Source: Dendrobates tinctorius
Taxonomy: Eukaryota
Reading direction: 5' to 3'
Assembly (NCBI RefSeq): GCF_039654945.1
Contig: NW_027361759.1
Location: 12,152,001 to 12,216,000 of the forward strand
Length of the DNA: 64,000 bases
Shown here: piece after piece, positions 1 to 11,782 of the stretch
How the letters are laid out: each line of letters opens with the position of its first letter
Position numbering within the stretch: position 1 is the stretch's first letter
Position numbers and translations under genes: made by a program
The notes under the pieces: generated by a model
Database searches by the model: none
Told to the model about the DNA's origin: nothing
The model's input: only the letters and a program-made list of their open reading frames with translations

Positions 1-551
1 AGCATATGGGGCATATTCTATGGAGAATTTTATGGGGCCAAAACCTTTATGGAGCAGCATATGAGGCATAATCTATGGAGTATCTTATGGAGCAGCATAT
101 GGGGCATAATCTATGGAGCATCTTATGAGGCCATAAACTTTATGGAGCAGCATATGGGGCATATTCTATGGAGCATCTTATAGGGCCATAACCTTTATGG
201 AGCAGCATGTGGGGCATATTCTATGGAGCATCTTATGGGGCCATTATTAACCTTTGTGCAGCATTATATGGGGTGTATTTTGTATGGAGTATCTTATGGG
301 GCCATCATGAACTGTATGGAGCATTATATGGGGCTCCTGATTCAATATGGATATTCAAAAACATTTAACCTACTGATGTCTCAATTAATTTTACTTTTAT
401 TGGTATCTATTTTTATTTTTGAAATTTACCAGTAGCTGCTGCATTTTCCACCCTAGGCTTATTCTCCAGTCAATAAGTTTTCCCAGTTTTTTGTGGCAAA
501 ATTAGCGGAGTCGGCTTATACTCTAGTTGGCTTACACTCGAATATATACGG
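1..551. mobile_element. Right part of a non-autonomous Tc2/pogo-like (TcMar) element with an internal ~54-bp minisatellite (1-~340)
   Basis: Tandem ATGGAGCAGCATATGGGGCATATTCT-like units. Terminus ...GGCTTACACTCGAATATATACGG followed by TA (552-553) matches a CCGTATAT-type TIR. Confidence 0.6.
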
Positions 552-875
552 TACTTATATTTCTATATTTAGCTTTCTATATTTAGTCTTTGATCTTGAT
601 GTTGTTGATTGACACACTTGTTTGTTTTGTTGTTGCTGCACTTTTTTACACATTTTTGAATGGTACACCTGTACGATATAGATCAGTGTGACTCGTGCTA
701 CATAGTTGGGTGTTTGCACATTCTTTTTATAAATCTTTTCATGTTTACTCTTTTATTTTTGATAACATATCCTTCTCCACTGTTGTACGATGTCTGATGT
801 ATTGGTCATAGATCCATGCAGTGGTGTAAGTAGAGTCTGATGGGTCCCGGTGCAAGATTTGGACTGCCTCCCATC

Positions 876-879
<4 letters not shown>

Positions 880-912
<33 letters not shown>
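880..912. repeat. (AT)n microsatellite
   Basis: Direct dinucleotide run. Confidence 0.95.
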
Positions 913-916
<4 letters not shown>

Positions 917-921
917 TATAT

Positions 922-1110
922 CTTGTAGATTGTGAGCCCTCGCGGTCAGGGTCCTCTCTCCTCCTGTACAAGTCATGACTTGTATTGCTTAAGATTACTG
1001 TACTTGCTTTTTATTATGTACACCCCTCCTCACATGTAAAGCACTATGGATTAAATGACGCTATATAATAAATAATAATAATAATAATGATAATAATAAT
1101 AATAATAATA
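922..1110 (+). mobile_element. 3' end of an L2-type LINE/SINE with (AAT)n tail
   Basis: TAGATTGTGAGCCCTCGCGGTCAGGGTCC motif typical of vertebrate L2 3' ends, ending in AATAAA and (AAT)n. Confidence 0.6.
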
Positions 1111-1194
1111 TATGCATCCTCCATTCTTACATATAGGTCCCTCATCCTGCCCCAATCCTGGTATATATGTCCCCATTCTGCCACTGTTCTTTAA

Positions 1195-3714
1195 CCCCTT
1201 AACGACCGCCGATACGCCTTTTAACGGCGGTAGTTAAGGGTACTAAAACCACAGCGCCGTTCATACACGGCGCTGTGATTTAAGTGAATAGCGCCCCCCA
1301 GTGTTGGATTTTCTCCGGGGTCTCGGCTGCCAGGGGTAGCCGAGACCCCAGAGAACATGAATCGGTCGGTTTTTACCGACCCCGCTTTTGCGATTGCTGT
1401 TATTAACCCTATAACGGCGACTGCAAAAAAAAAAGCCGCGATTTTACATTCAATTTCTCTCTCCTCTGATGTGATCGCATATCAGAGGGGAGAGAAATAG
1501 AGTCCCCGATCCCCCCCGGTACCTCTCCGTGGCCCTCCGTCCCCTCCCGATGGTCCCACGTCCTGCCGGCATCCTCCGATGGGCGCCGCCATCTTGAAAA
1601 TGGCGGGCGCATGCGCAGTGCGCCCGCCGGGAATCTGGCTCCGGCTGGCAGATTCCATTCATTATTTTGATCACTATGATAAACGATCATAGTGATCAAA
1701 ATAAAAAAATAGTACATAACCCCCCCCCCCGTTTATCACCCCCTTATATAGGCAAATATAATGAAATACAGAAAATATTTTTTTTTTCAGTTTTCCATTA
1801 GGGTTAGGGTTGGGCTAGGGTTAGGGTTAGGGTTAGAGTTGGGGTTGGGTTAGGGCTAGGGTTAAGGTTAGGGTTGGGGCTAGGGTTAGGGTTAGGGTTG
1901 GGCTAGGGTTAGGGTAGGGTTAGGGTTGGGCTAGGGTTAGGGTTGGGCTAGGGTTAGGGTTGGGCTAGGGTTAGGGCTAGGGTTAGGGCTAGGGTTAGGG
2001 TTAGGCTAGGGTTAGGGCTAGGGTTAGGGCTCAGGTCACGGCTAGGGTTAGAATTAGGGTTAGGGCGAACTAGGATTAGGGTTAGAATTAGGATTAGGGA
2101 TTAGGGTTGGGATTAGAGTTAGGGTTGGGATTAGGGTTAGGGGTGTGTTGGGGTCAGGGTTGGAGCAAGAATTGAGGTGTTTCCATTATTTACCAACTTT
2201 GGGGGTCTAAAAATTGGGGTCTAAAAAATCACTTTTGTGGAAATAAAAAAGACTTTTTATTTTCACGGCTCTGCGTTTATAAACTTTTGTGAAGCACTTT
2301 TTATTAAAAAGTATGATTTTTTATTTTTACGGCTCTATGTAATAAACTTCTGTGAAGCACTTGGGGGTTCCAAGTGCTCACCACACATCTAGATAAGTTC
2401 CTTAGGGGGTGTAATTTCCAAAATGGGGTCACTTGTGGGGGGTTTCCACTGTTTAAGCCCATCAGGGGCTCTGCAAATGCAACATGATGTCCGCAGACCA
2501 TTCCATCAAAGTCTGCATTCCAAAATGGCACTCCTTCCCTTCCGAGCTCTCCCATGCGCCCAAACAGTGGTTTCCCCCCACATATGGGGTATCAGCGTAC
2601 TCAGGACAAATCGCACAACAACTGAGCGGGTATGATTTCTCCTGTTACCCTTGTAAAAATAAAAATTTGGGGGCGAAAAGATCATTTTTGTGTGGAAAAA
2701 AATAGATTTCTTATTTTCACGGCTCTACGTTATAAACTTCTGTGAAGCACTTGAAGATTCAAAGTGCTCACCACACATCTAGATAAGTTCCTTAATGGGT
2801 CTAGTTTCCAAAATGGGGTCACTTGTTGGAGTTTTCCACTGTTTAGGCACATTAAGGGCTCTCCAAACGCAACATGGCATCCGATCTCAATTCCAGTCAA
2901 TTCTGCGTTGAAAAAGTCAAACGGCGCTCCATCCCTTGCGAGCTCTGCCGTGTGCTGAAAAAGTGGTTTACCCCCACATATGGGGTATCGGCGTATTCAG
3001 GAGAAATTGTACAACAAATTTTGTGGTTGATTTTCTCTTTTAATACTTGTGAAAATAAAAAAAATTGGTTCTGAAGTAAATTTTTTGCAAAAAAAAAGTT
3101 AAATGTTAATTTTTTCCTTCCACATTGCTTTAGTTCCTGTGAAGCACTTAAAGGGTTAATAAACTTCTTGAATGTGGTTTTGAGCACCTTGAGGGGTCTA
3201 GTGTTTAGAATGGTGCCACTTTTGGGTATTTTCTGTCATGTACACCCCTCAAAATGACTTTAAATATGATGTGGTCTCTAAAAAAAATGGTTTTGTAAAT
3301 TTTGTTGTAAAAATGAGAAATCGCTGGTCAAATTTTAACCCTTATAACTTCCTAACAAAAAAAAATTTTGCTTCCAAAATTGTGCTGATGTAAAGTAGAC
3401 ATGTGGGAAATGTTATTTATTAAGAAATTTGCGTGACACATCTCTCTGATTTAAGGGCATAAAAATTTAAAGTTTTAAAATTGCAAAATTTTCTATATTT
3501 TCGCCATATTTCCGTTTTTTTCATAAATAAACACAAGACTTATCGAAGAAATTTTACCACTAACATGAAGTACAATATGTCACAAAAAAAATATCTTAGA
3601 ATCAGCGGGATCCATTAAAGCGTTCCAGAGTTATAACCTCATAAAGGGACAGTGGTCAGAATTGTAAAAATTGGCCTGGTCGTTAAGCTGCAAACTGGCT
3701 CTGTCGCTAAGGGG
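1195..3714. mobile_element. Non-autonomous TTAA-specific (piggyBac-type) DNA element, copy 1
   Basis: TTAA at 1191-1194 and 3715-3718. TIRs CCCCTTAACGAC / GTCGCTAAGGGG (11/12). No transposase ORF. Internal telomere-like tract and ~390-bp units. Confidence 0.85.
1797..2160 (+). repeat. Degenerate telomere-like (TTAGGG/CTAGGG/TTGGG)n tract
   Basis: Dozens of TTAGGG and variant hexamers in tandem. Confidence 0.95.
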
Positions 3715-4704
3715 TTAAGGTATAGAAGAAAATAAATAATTATACTTACCAGGGGTGTACATAGAAGTCATGGGGCTCCATATAAGAAGTATAATGCACA
3801 CCCAAGGTCCTCCATATAGTAACATGCATCCCATAGTCCTCCATTTAATATACTGTACAGCCCATAGTCTTCCATGTAGTATAATGCGCAGCACATAATC
3901 TTCCAAAAAAGAACAGGGTGGGCCATTTATATGGATACACCTAAATAAAATGGGAATGGTTGGTGATATAAACTTCCTATTTGTGGCACATTAGTATATG
4001 GGAGGGGGAAAACTTTTCAAGATGGGTGGTGACCATGGTGACCATTTTGAAGTTGGCCATTTTGGATCCAAATTTATTTTTTCCAATGGAAAGAGGGTCA
4101 TCTGACACATCAAACTTACAGTATTGAGAATTTCACAAGAAAAACTATGGTGTGATTGGTTTTAACGCAACTTTATTCTTTCATGAGTTATTTACAAGTT
4201 TATTACCACTTATAAAATGTGTTCAAATTGCTGCCCATTGCGTTGGTATGTCAATGCAACCCTCTTCTCCCACTCTTGACACACTGATAGCAGCACAGCA
4301 GAAGAAATGCTAGTCTAAGGAGGTCAGATTCCTTGTAGGAATGCTCAGACCTGACACCCATTGTGTGTTGGTGCACCATCTTGCTGGAAAAACTCAGGAA
4401 ACGTGCCATCTTCAGTGCATAAAGAGGGCAACACATCATCAGGTAGCAATTTCAGATATCCAGTGGCATTGAGGTTTCCATTGATGAAGAATGGCCCCAC
4501 TATCTTTGTACCCCATATATCACACCATACCATCAATTATGGGTGTCAGGTCCAAGCATTCCTACATGAACAGTCTCCTGGAAAGTGGATTGGTCATCGC
4601 TGGCCAGTTAAATGGCCACCAAGGTCTCCTGATCTGACCCCCTCAAACTTTTATCTTTGGGGTCATCTGAAGGCAATCGTCTATGCTGTGAAGATACGAG
4701 ATGT

Positions 4705-5258
4705 ATACGGCCCCCCGAGGAAGCCCTTTGAGCGAAACGTGTCGGGGTGAAGGCAGGACCCCCCGACTCCCTTTATGGGTAAGAAACTCTCTTTTTTGCA
4801 CTTATACCGGTGGTTTGATAGCTGGGTATAGGGTGAAGAGACAGTGGCTTGTGGTAGGCTATTTAGCTTAGCACTTGTTTGTGTAGGATTCTGTCCCTGT
4901 TCCATGACACTTGTATACCATGTGGTAAGACTGGGAACTTTACCCGAATGGTACCTTAATAGGATTCAGGGACTACCCCTATAATCTTTAACCCCAGTCC
5001 CTGTACTGAACTCTACCTGATGATTTTTTTACCACATGGTAGCAGCTGTTACTATTTATGTCGAGTGGCCTGGCTATATAGTCTTCCACCATATATGTAC
5101 TCATCTTTTTGCATCTACTCATGTTTTCTGGAAATTTATTATTTAATAAAATATTTACACTTTTTTTGCACAAAAAATTCTTTTGTGTGTTCAATATTGA
5201 ATATTAATAGGATACACCATTTCTGGGCATTTTTGAACTCGTCTAGCTTTTGTAGGTT
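4705..5258 (+). mobile_element. Short Penelope-like (pLTR-type) insert starting with a hammerhead motif
   Basis: 16-bp TSD TGAAGATACGAGATGT at 4689-4704 and 5259-5274 interrupts the mariner KIRDV|QHKK frame. Confidence 0.75.
4711..4747 (+). ncRNA. Type I hammerhead ribozyme motif (variant core)
   Basis: CCCC-CCGAGGA-A-GC..GC-GAAA-CGTG-TC-GGGG. Stem I is CCCC/GGGG; the core has a U4>C change. Confidence 0.55.
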
Positions 5259-5306
5259 TGAAGATACGAGATGTGCAGCATAAGAAACAACGGATACTGG
5301 AAGCCT

Positions 5307-6096
5307 GTATGGTTGCATTTAATATAGTCTTGCTTTTAATACATTTAGGAGACCGTAATGGCACAGCGCATATAAAAAACGTAGAGTAGGACTGCCCCAT
5401 ATGAGAATGCCTTGGCGTGGAGGGGTGGCTCAAAGAATTGATCAATTGTTTGCTAAATGTCTCCTTTTAAAGTACAGTTAGAAATCAATATGTGCGTATG
5501 CACTTTATGTATTGCGTTCTGACCATAGGCAGCGCGACTTCCTCCCTCTTTATTTGATATTGGTTTGTGGCTGACCACCACTTTTTGCCGTGCGCGCTTG
5601 ATTATGCACGCCATTCTATCTATCTTTATTGTGATTGATCTAGGCTGCTGTTCACACATACAGCAGCCCTCCCCTCCCCCAGGCTCTATTTGATTATGCA
5701 CCTGTGTCTGGGCCTGTTTCACCCTTCATCTATGGTTGCTGGTTTGGCAGTGTGGAGGCCAGATCTAAAATGTCCATGTCCTGACCTGGTCAGCCTTTAT
5801 CTGCGCTTGCCCTTCTGGCGCCATGGTAGTGTTTCAGAAATGCTCCAGGTATGGTTGCATTTAATATAGTCTTGCTTTTATTACATTTAGGAGGCAGTAA
5901 AGGCACAGCGTATGTAAAAAAAAGTAGAGTAGGACTGCCCCATATGAGAATGCCTTGGCATGGTGGGATGGCTCAAAGAATTGATCAATTGTTTGCTAAA
6001 TGTCTCATTTTAAAGTACAGTTAGAAATCAATATGTGCATATGCACTTTATGTATTGAGTTCTGACCATAGACAGTGCAGGCTTTCCCCCTCTTTA
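5307..6096. repeat. ~245-bp direct repeat pair (5307-5552, 5849-6096; ~542-bp period), class unknown
   Basis: GTATGGTTGCATTTAATATAGTCTTGC...CCCTCTTTA occurs twice with scattered substitutions. Confidence 0.85.
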
Positions 6097-6244
6097 TTAT
6101 TCAGTGTTAAAGATAGGTACGCATGAAAATGCAGGATGCATACAAAAGTAGGCGGAGCGTAGGCGAAGCTTCAGGGAGGAAGAAAGAAGAAAGTAGGCAG
6201 CCATCCGCAGCCCTCCTGAATGCAAATGTGAAACCAGCCTAAAT

Positions 6245-6494
6245 GATTATGAACTTGTTTTCTTAGCATTGTTTGAGGTCTGCAAGCACTGCATTTTTTT
6301 GTTCTTTTGAGCATTTCTCATTTTATGAAAATAAATACAAAATTTACTGCTTGGAAATTCGAAGATATGTTGGCAGTAGTTTATAGAATAAAAGAGCAAT
6401 TTACGGTACATTTTTCCTAAAAAATATACCTATAAAGAGAAAAATCAGACAAACTGAAAATTTTGCAGTGGTCTCTTAATTTTTGACAGAGCTG
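6245..6494. mobile_element. Terminal fragment of a Tc1-like element
   Basis: Ends TGCAGTGGTCTCTTAATTTTTGACAGAGCTG + TA. Confidence 0.55.
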
Positions 6495-8477
6495 TATATA
6501 CAAGTGTGTTTCTATATATTTACCCTCCCCCATATGGGGTGGCCATACCTTATGTGGGGGGGGTTATTCTTAATAAGTGCTATTCAAGATTGGATTAATA
6601 TGTGTTTATGCATAAATGTTGTCTATATACTCACCTTGTCCCCAATATGGGGTGTTAAGACTTTTTGTAGGATGTGTAGTTATTCACCACATTCCAAATA
6701 AGCACCATCTAAGACTGGACCAATGTGTGTTTTTATACTTACCTTGTCACCTATAAAAGGTGCTGAGATTTTTTGAATGCACCTACATTACACCTATTGG
6801 GACTTTTTTTGGTGCAGGAAAATTTCTTTCACATTCCTGTGCAAGAATGCGTGTTTATCACTTCCCATACTCTGATGCATGGGCAGTATGGACAATTTAT
6901 ATTGTGGTAACAATACAATAATATTTCTTATTTGACGTATTTTTTAAGAGATTGCACACTTGATTTTTTGGTTACTATAGCTATATATATTTCTATCTCT
7001 AAAACAGATTACCACCTGCTTAACTGTGTGTTTGTATTTATAATCTCAATGGTATGCACCTATATTGTGCAGACATGCACACTCATCTGTCCCTACCTAT
7101 TGGGACTAAATATTATAAATATGATTTGTGCACTTGTTTGTTCAAAAGCAAATTAATTAGTAGTCAGTGCTGAGAAGGTACAGTCATTCATACACTTACA
7201 TGCACTGACATAGCTCCACTTGTTATTACTTGCGCCAACATCTTTGCTTGTCTTGCTATAGATACCCCATGTAAATATTCATTAGGCTTGGACAGCTGTG
7301 ATGGTAGTTGTCACAAATGGATCTTAACACTTAGCCATCCATGCCTCTGCACCTGCGCTGGCAGAACGTCCAAAACATGGCGCCTACGCGGACATTTCTG
7401 CATTTCTTTTTTGCAAGATCTGTTATGCACTTCTGTGGCACTCGGTGCCTTCCACTATGGATCTGCCATTTCAATTTAACAAACATCCTATGATTCTAAC
7501 AACTGTCCTGCACGGTTGGTCCAAATCCAGGTAATTAATCTACAAATAGACAGTGGGGAAAAAAGTATTTGATACCATAGTAAAACAAAACTTAATATTT
7601 GGTTCAGAAACCTTTGTTCGCAACTATAGAGGTCAAAAGTTTGTTGTAGTTCTTGATCAAGTTTGCACACACTGCAGGAATTTTGGCCCACTCCTCCATA
7701 CAGGTCTTCTCCAGATGTTTCAGGTTTTGGGGCTGTCACTGTGCAACATTGAGTTTTAGCACCCTCCAAAGATGTTCTATTGGTGTCATGGGGTTACCGC
7801 GACAGTGTGGAGCCAGAAGACAGCAGCGTCTGATTGCTCCTACTCCGGTGCTGAGAAGAATCACTTCTCCTTTTTAACGGTGTTTATTCCTTCTGGCAAA
7901 ACAGGAGTTAATTGTCCATGTTGGAAATCTCTGAGCTTGCAGCTGAGCTCAGTTGGCCACTCATTTCCCCCTTTTTAATCTGGGCTCTGATACAAATCTT
8001 TGCCAGAGCTAGCATTTGCTGCATGGCTTCAAGAGGGAGAGGTGTTCATTTGAGAAGGAGTGTTGGAGGAAGTTATCTGTGTGGTTTGTGAGTGTGTTAA
8101 TTCCTTATCTTTCTCTGTTTTGGTTTATTCCCCCACATCCACTCCCCGGTGCATTCGTCTGTTATATATGAGTGAATATTTTGTATGCCTGGAGATTTCT
8201 GATAACCTTTGTGTTGCCTTGTTTGTCGGTTGGTATACTACAGTGCACAGTAGCTCCCCTCTTCCCTGGGTGGGGGAAGAGAAGAGACGGAGAGCTAACT
8301 CAGGAAATAAGGCAAGGGTGGAGGCCCTGGCATCTTCACCTTTTGAAGTATCCCAGGGAGTAAGGCAAGCTTGGGCACACCTAGTGTTAGGGACAGGGAA
8401 GGAGCCCCTGGTCCTGGGTCACCCCACAGCTGTGTCATGACATTAGCTCTGATCATAAACATTTTTTCAGATCAATT

Positions 8478-10934
8478 CACTGGGGAACGCAATTTTTTAG
8501 GAGTTAGGTCAGACAACTGTTCTTAATTAATTTTTGGATGCTGAATCCAGAAATGATCTCAGTTTTTCTCTATCACGTCAAGTTTTTGAACTATAGGATT
8601 TTTGTCTTCTCAAAAATATGTAAACTACTGTACCTAAAAAGTTTTTTTTTTTTAAATAGTACAAATATGAACAAAAAATGAAATATATAAGAAATAGGCA
8701 TGACAAATATGTTTTTTAACACTATCATGTTTTTTACAAAGGATATATATATATATATATGCAAGTATTTAAGGTAAAAATGTACATTTATAGCTTTTTC
8801 TGGAGTGTTTATCTTGGGGACAATCACGTTTGATGCTCCAGCAATAGTCAGCCATCATATGTACATCCCATCTACCCTGGTAACGGTCTTCCATAACCTT
8901 CAAATCTTGGTGAAATCGTTCACATGGCTCATCGCTAACAGCACCAAGATTTTCCGGAAAGTTGGCAAGATGGCAATGCAGAAAATGTAGTTTAATACTC
9001 ATGTTGCAACCAAGCGCTTTGTAGCTCTCCAATAGTTTCTGAACAATTTCTTTGTAATTACTTGCACGTGTATTTCCAAGAAAGTTCTTGACGACGTCTT
9101 TGAATGATAACCAATCATTCTTCTCAAGATCTGACATAGTCGCGGTGAAATGTTCATCTTTGATGAGCTGTCGAATTTGTGGACCATCAAACACACCAGC
9201 CTTGATTTTTTCAATGGACAGTCCAGGAAGTGCCAACATGATGTACTTAAAACAGTCGCCGTCAGTTGGCAATGCTTTTACAAATTGCTTCATGAGACCT
9301 AGTTTTATGTGCAGAGGTGGGAATAGTATATTCTTCCTGTCAACAAGTGGCTGATGTAGAATGTTAGGATCTCCAGGTTTAAGACCAGATCTTGGAGGCC
9401 AATTCGACTCAACCCAATGCTTTTCTCGAGCTCTGCTATCCCACATACAGAGAAAGCAGGGATACTTTGTGTACCCACGTTGCTGACCAAGAAGGAAGCA
9501 AACCATTTTAAGGTCAACACAGATGATCCAATTGTGTGTGTCATATTTCAATAACTCAATAACTCTCTTTACATCTCCATGTTCTTCACGAAGAGAGACA
9601 GAATGCCCAATAGGGACTGCACCAAATAAATTGCCATTGTGTAGAAGGACACACTTAAGACTCCGCTTTGAGCTATCAATAAACAGTCGCCATTCATTTG
9701 GATTGTACATTGAAAGCACTAATTCTTGTAGTAAACCAGGAATATTATGGCAAAACACAAAACCGCTGTCACACCGAAAGTACTGCAAAAATGTACTTTC
9801 TCTAGTACGAAAGTATGATACCTTCGCTCCTTGTTCAAGTAACTGTTTCTCATTCAGCCTTGATGGTAGTAATTCTGAAGCTTTTTTTGATAAGCCCAAT
9901 TCACGTGCTAAATCATTTAACTCGTGCTGATCAAATCCCTTACGAACTGAATCCTTGTGACTTTCAAATTCTGCATCATTGCTGTCACTGTGTTCGTCAA
10001 CATCACTCAGAACTTCTAGAGATGGTAGCTGTTCGAAAACTGGCACTGGAATTTCAGCTGAATGAGGCATTGGTCTGATAGCTGACGGTAGATTTGGATA
10101 TTCTATTTTACTTTTATTTTTCCTGTTAAATCCTGATGTTTTCACTAAACAGAAGTAACAGTCTGTGGAATGACTTTTTTGCTCTCTCCACACCATGGGG
10201 ATACCAAATGCCAACTTTTCACGTGTTCCTTTGGTCCACATCCGTAAACTCTCGACACACTGCTTGCACACTATGTGAGGGGCCCATGGCTTATCTTGAT
10301 CACCGAGTTTTACTTTAAAATATGCAAAATATGCTTGTTTGACAAATGCAGTGATGTTTGCCCTTTGAACTGGAATGGTGAAAACACCACAAATATAGCA
10401 GAAGGAGTCAGGGTTGTTTAGGCATTTACGACGAGAGGAAGAAGGAGCAGACATGATCTGAAACAAAGGAAATATGTACATAAGTAAATAAAACACTGAG
10501 ATGGAAAGTTACAAGCTTTGAAAACTAACAAAGAAAAAAATCATAAAAGATATATAAATTACAACTAAGCGCCCAATGTAAAGAGAAAAGCTATCACAAA
10601 TCCTATTTATTCCTACTATGATACATTTTTTGTGTAAAGATATTGATAATTATGACGTATTGGGAGCTGTACAAACCTCTCACCACACTGTCTCAGTTGT
10701 GACTACTCTTACAAGTTGCCACGTAGCTCTATATGAGTCGAATTGTACTCAGATAACAAGTCTTATTACAGAAATCAGTGCAATTGTGCTTCTATTGCAG
10801 GTAAGTTGAGGAGGAAAAACTTGACGTGATAGAAAAAAACTGACAACATTTTTGGAATCAGCATGCCAATTTTAGTATACATCAGCTCAAAAACCTAACT
10901 CAACAGAAATTTTTTTATAAATTGTTCCCCAGTG
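8478..10934 (-). mobile_element. Chapaev3-type (CMC superfamily) DNA transposon
   Basis: TIRs CACTGGGGAAC / GTTCCCCAGTG plus subterminal inverted TCTATCACGTCAAGTTTTT. Inserted just before the Gypsy gag ATG; TSD imperfect (TT/TTA). Confidence 0.8.
8769..10454 (-). CDS. Intact 561-aa Chapaev3-like DDE transposase
   Basis: Uninterrupted ORF from MSAPSSSRRKC. N-terminal Cys/His finger (FCYICG, PHIVCKQC, HSTDCYFC). LFIDSS, CVDLK, PPLHIKLG and SDEPCERFHQD motifs. Splice-acceptor-like TTTGTTTCAG lies just upstream of the ATG. Confidence 0.85.
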   Translation of the reverse strand: MSAPSSSRRKCLNNPDSFCYICGVFTIPVQRANITAFVKQAYFAYFKVKLGDQDKPWAPHIVCKQCVESLRMWTKGTREKLAFGIPMVWREQKSHSTDCYFCLVKTSGFNRKNKSKIEYPNLPSAIRPMPHSAEIPVPVFEQLPSLEVLSDVDEHSDSNDAEFESHKDSVRKGFDQHELNDLARELGLSKKASELLPSRLNEKQLLEQGAKVSYFRTRESTFLQYFRCDSGFVFCHNIPGLLQELVLSMYNPNEWRLFIDSSKRSLKCVLLHNGNLFGAVPIGHSVSLREEHGDVKRVIELLKYDTHNWIICVDLKMVCFLLGQQRGYTKYPCFLCMWDSRAREKHWVESNWPPRSGLKPGDPNILHQPLVDRKNILFPPLHIKLGLMKQFVKALPTDGDCFKYIMLALPGLSIEKIKAGVFDGPQIRQLIKDEHFTATMSDLEKNDWLSFKDVVKNFLGNTRASNYKEIVQKLLESYKALGCNMSIKLHFLHCHLANFPENLGAVSDEPCERFHQDLKVMEDRYQGRWDVHMMADYCWSIKRDCPQDKHSRKSYKCTFLP

Positions 10935-10936
10935 TT

Positions 10937-11782
10937 ATGGATCCAATCACTACTCTGACGTGGCAACTGCATCAATTCAGTCTAGAGGTGGAGGTTTACG
11001 TATGGTTGTTTTGCAGCACCATAATACATCTGGTGTGGGAATCTCATTTCTCAGGCAAACCATAGTGGAGCCCATGATCACTTTGCCTGATAGGCTCTCT
11101 GTGTAGCTTGACAAGTTTGCAGTGTTCCAGGAGGCCTGTAAACTTTGCTTCAAGTTACATCTGGTTTCCTCAGGCACAGAAGAGCAACATATGGGGATAG
11201 TAATCTCACTCCTCCAGGGGGACCCCCAAGTATAGATGGTTTATCTTGCATCTGACTCTGTCACTTCAGACAGTGGAGGGATTTTTTCTGGCACTGAGCC
11301 TTATATATGATGACCTCGATAGCATCTCCTTAGCTGAGTACACACTTCGCCAAGTTCAGCAAGGAGACCGGCAGTCAGAAGGCTATTGCTTTAAGTTCCG
11401 GAGGTGGGCCACAGACACAAAGTGGAATGACCCTGCACTCCATAGTCAGTTCTGTGAGGGGCTTACAGTAAGGGTGAGGAATGCCTTATCTCTGTATGAG
11501 ATTCCTGACTCCCTTGAGGCAGCCATGTCCCTGGTAGTCCGAGTTGATCGCCGTCTTCGCCAGAGACATAGGGAGTCAGCTCTGTGTGTGGGAGGTCCGG
11601 GGTCAAGGGAGGTCAGCACTGAGCCTACTGAGGAGCCCATGCAGGTGGGTACGGCATATCACTCTGGTAAATTGTCTGTTGTCCGGCATAAAGGGGGAGT
11701 GTGTTTCTTCTGTGCTAAAAAGGGCCATTTTGTGGGCACATTTCCTTCCCGACCACATAGTAGGAAATCTCCGGAAAACTAG
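10937..11782 (+). pseudogene. Gypsy gag (frameshifted)
   Basis: Begins MDPITTL; contains QGDRQSEGYCFKFRRW..WNDPAL, EEPMQVG and the zinc knuckle CFFCAKKGH. Confidence 0.85.

Larger units (their letters stand above)
3914..5309. mobile_element. Rearranged Tc1/mariner relic, DD41D (rosa/Visitor-like) spacing
   Basis: TIR CAGGGTGGGCCATTTATATGGATACACC at 3914. Minus-strand fragments VWCDIWG..QQDGAP and EWEKRV..FEHIL. Plus-strand fragment YGCQV..WPPRSPDLTP..KIRDV. 41 residues separate QQD from the third catalytic position. Confidence 0.75.

Noticed and set aside
1797-2160. True telomere or chromosome-fusion site
   Set aside because: The tract is single-orientation and degenerate, and lies inside a TIR/TTAA-bounded element with a second copy in the window
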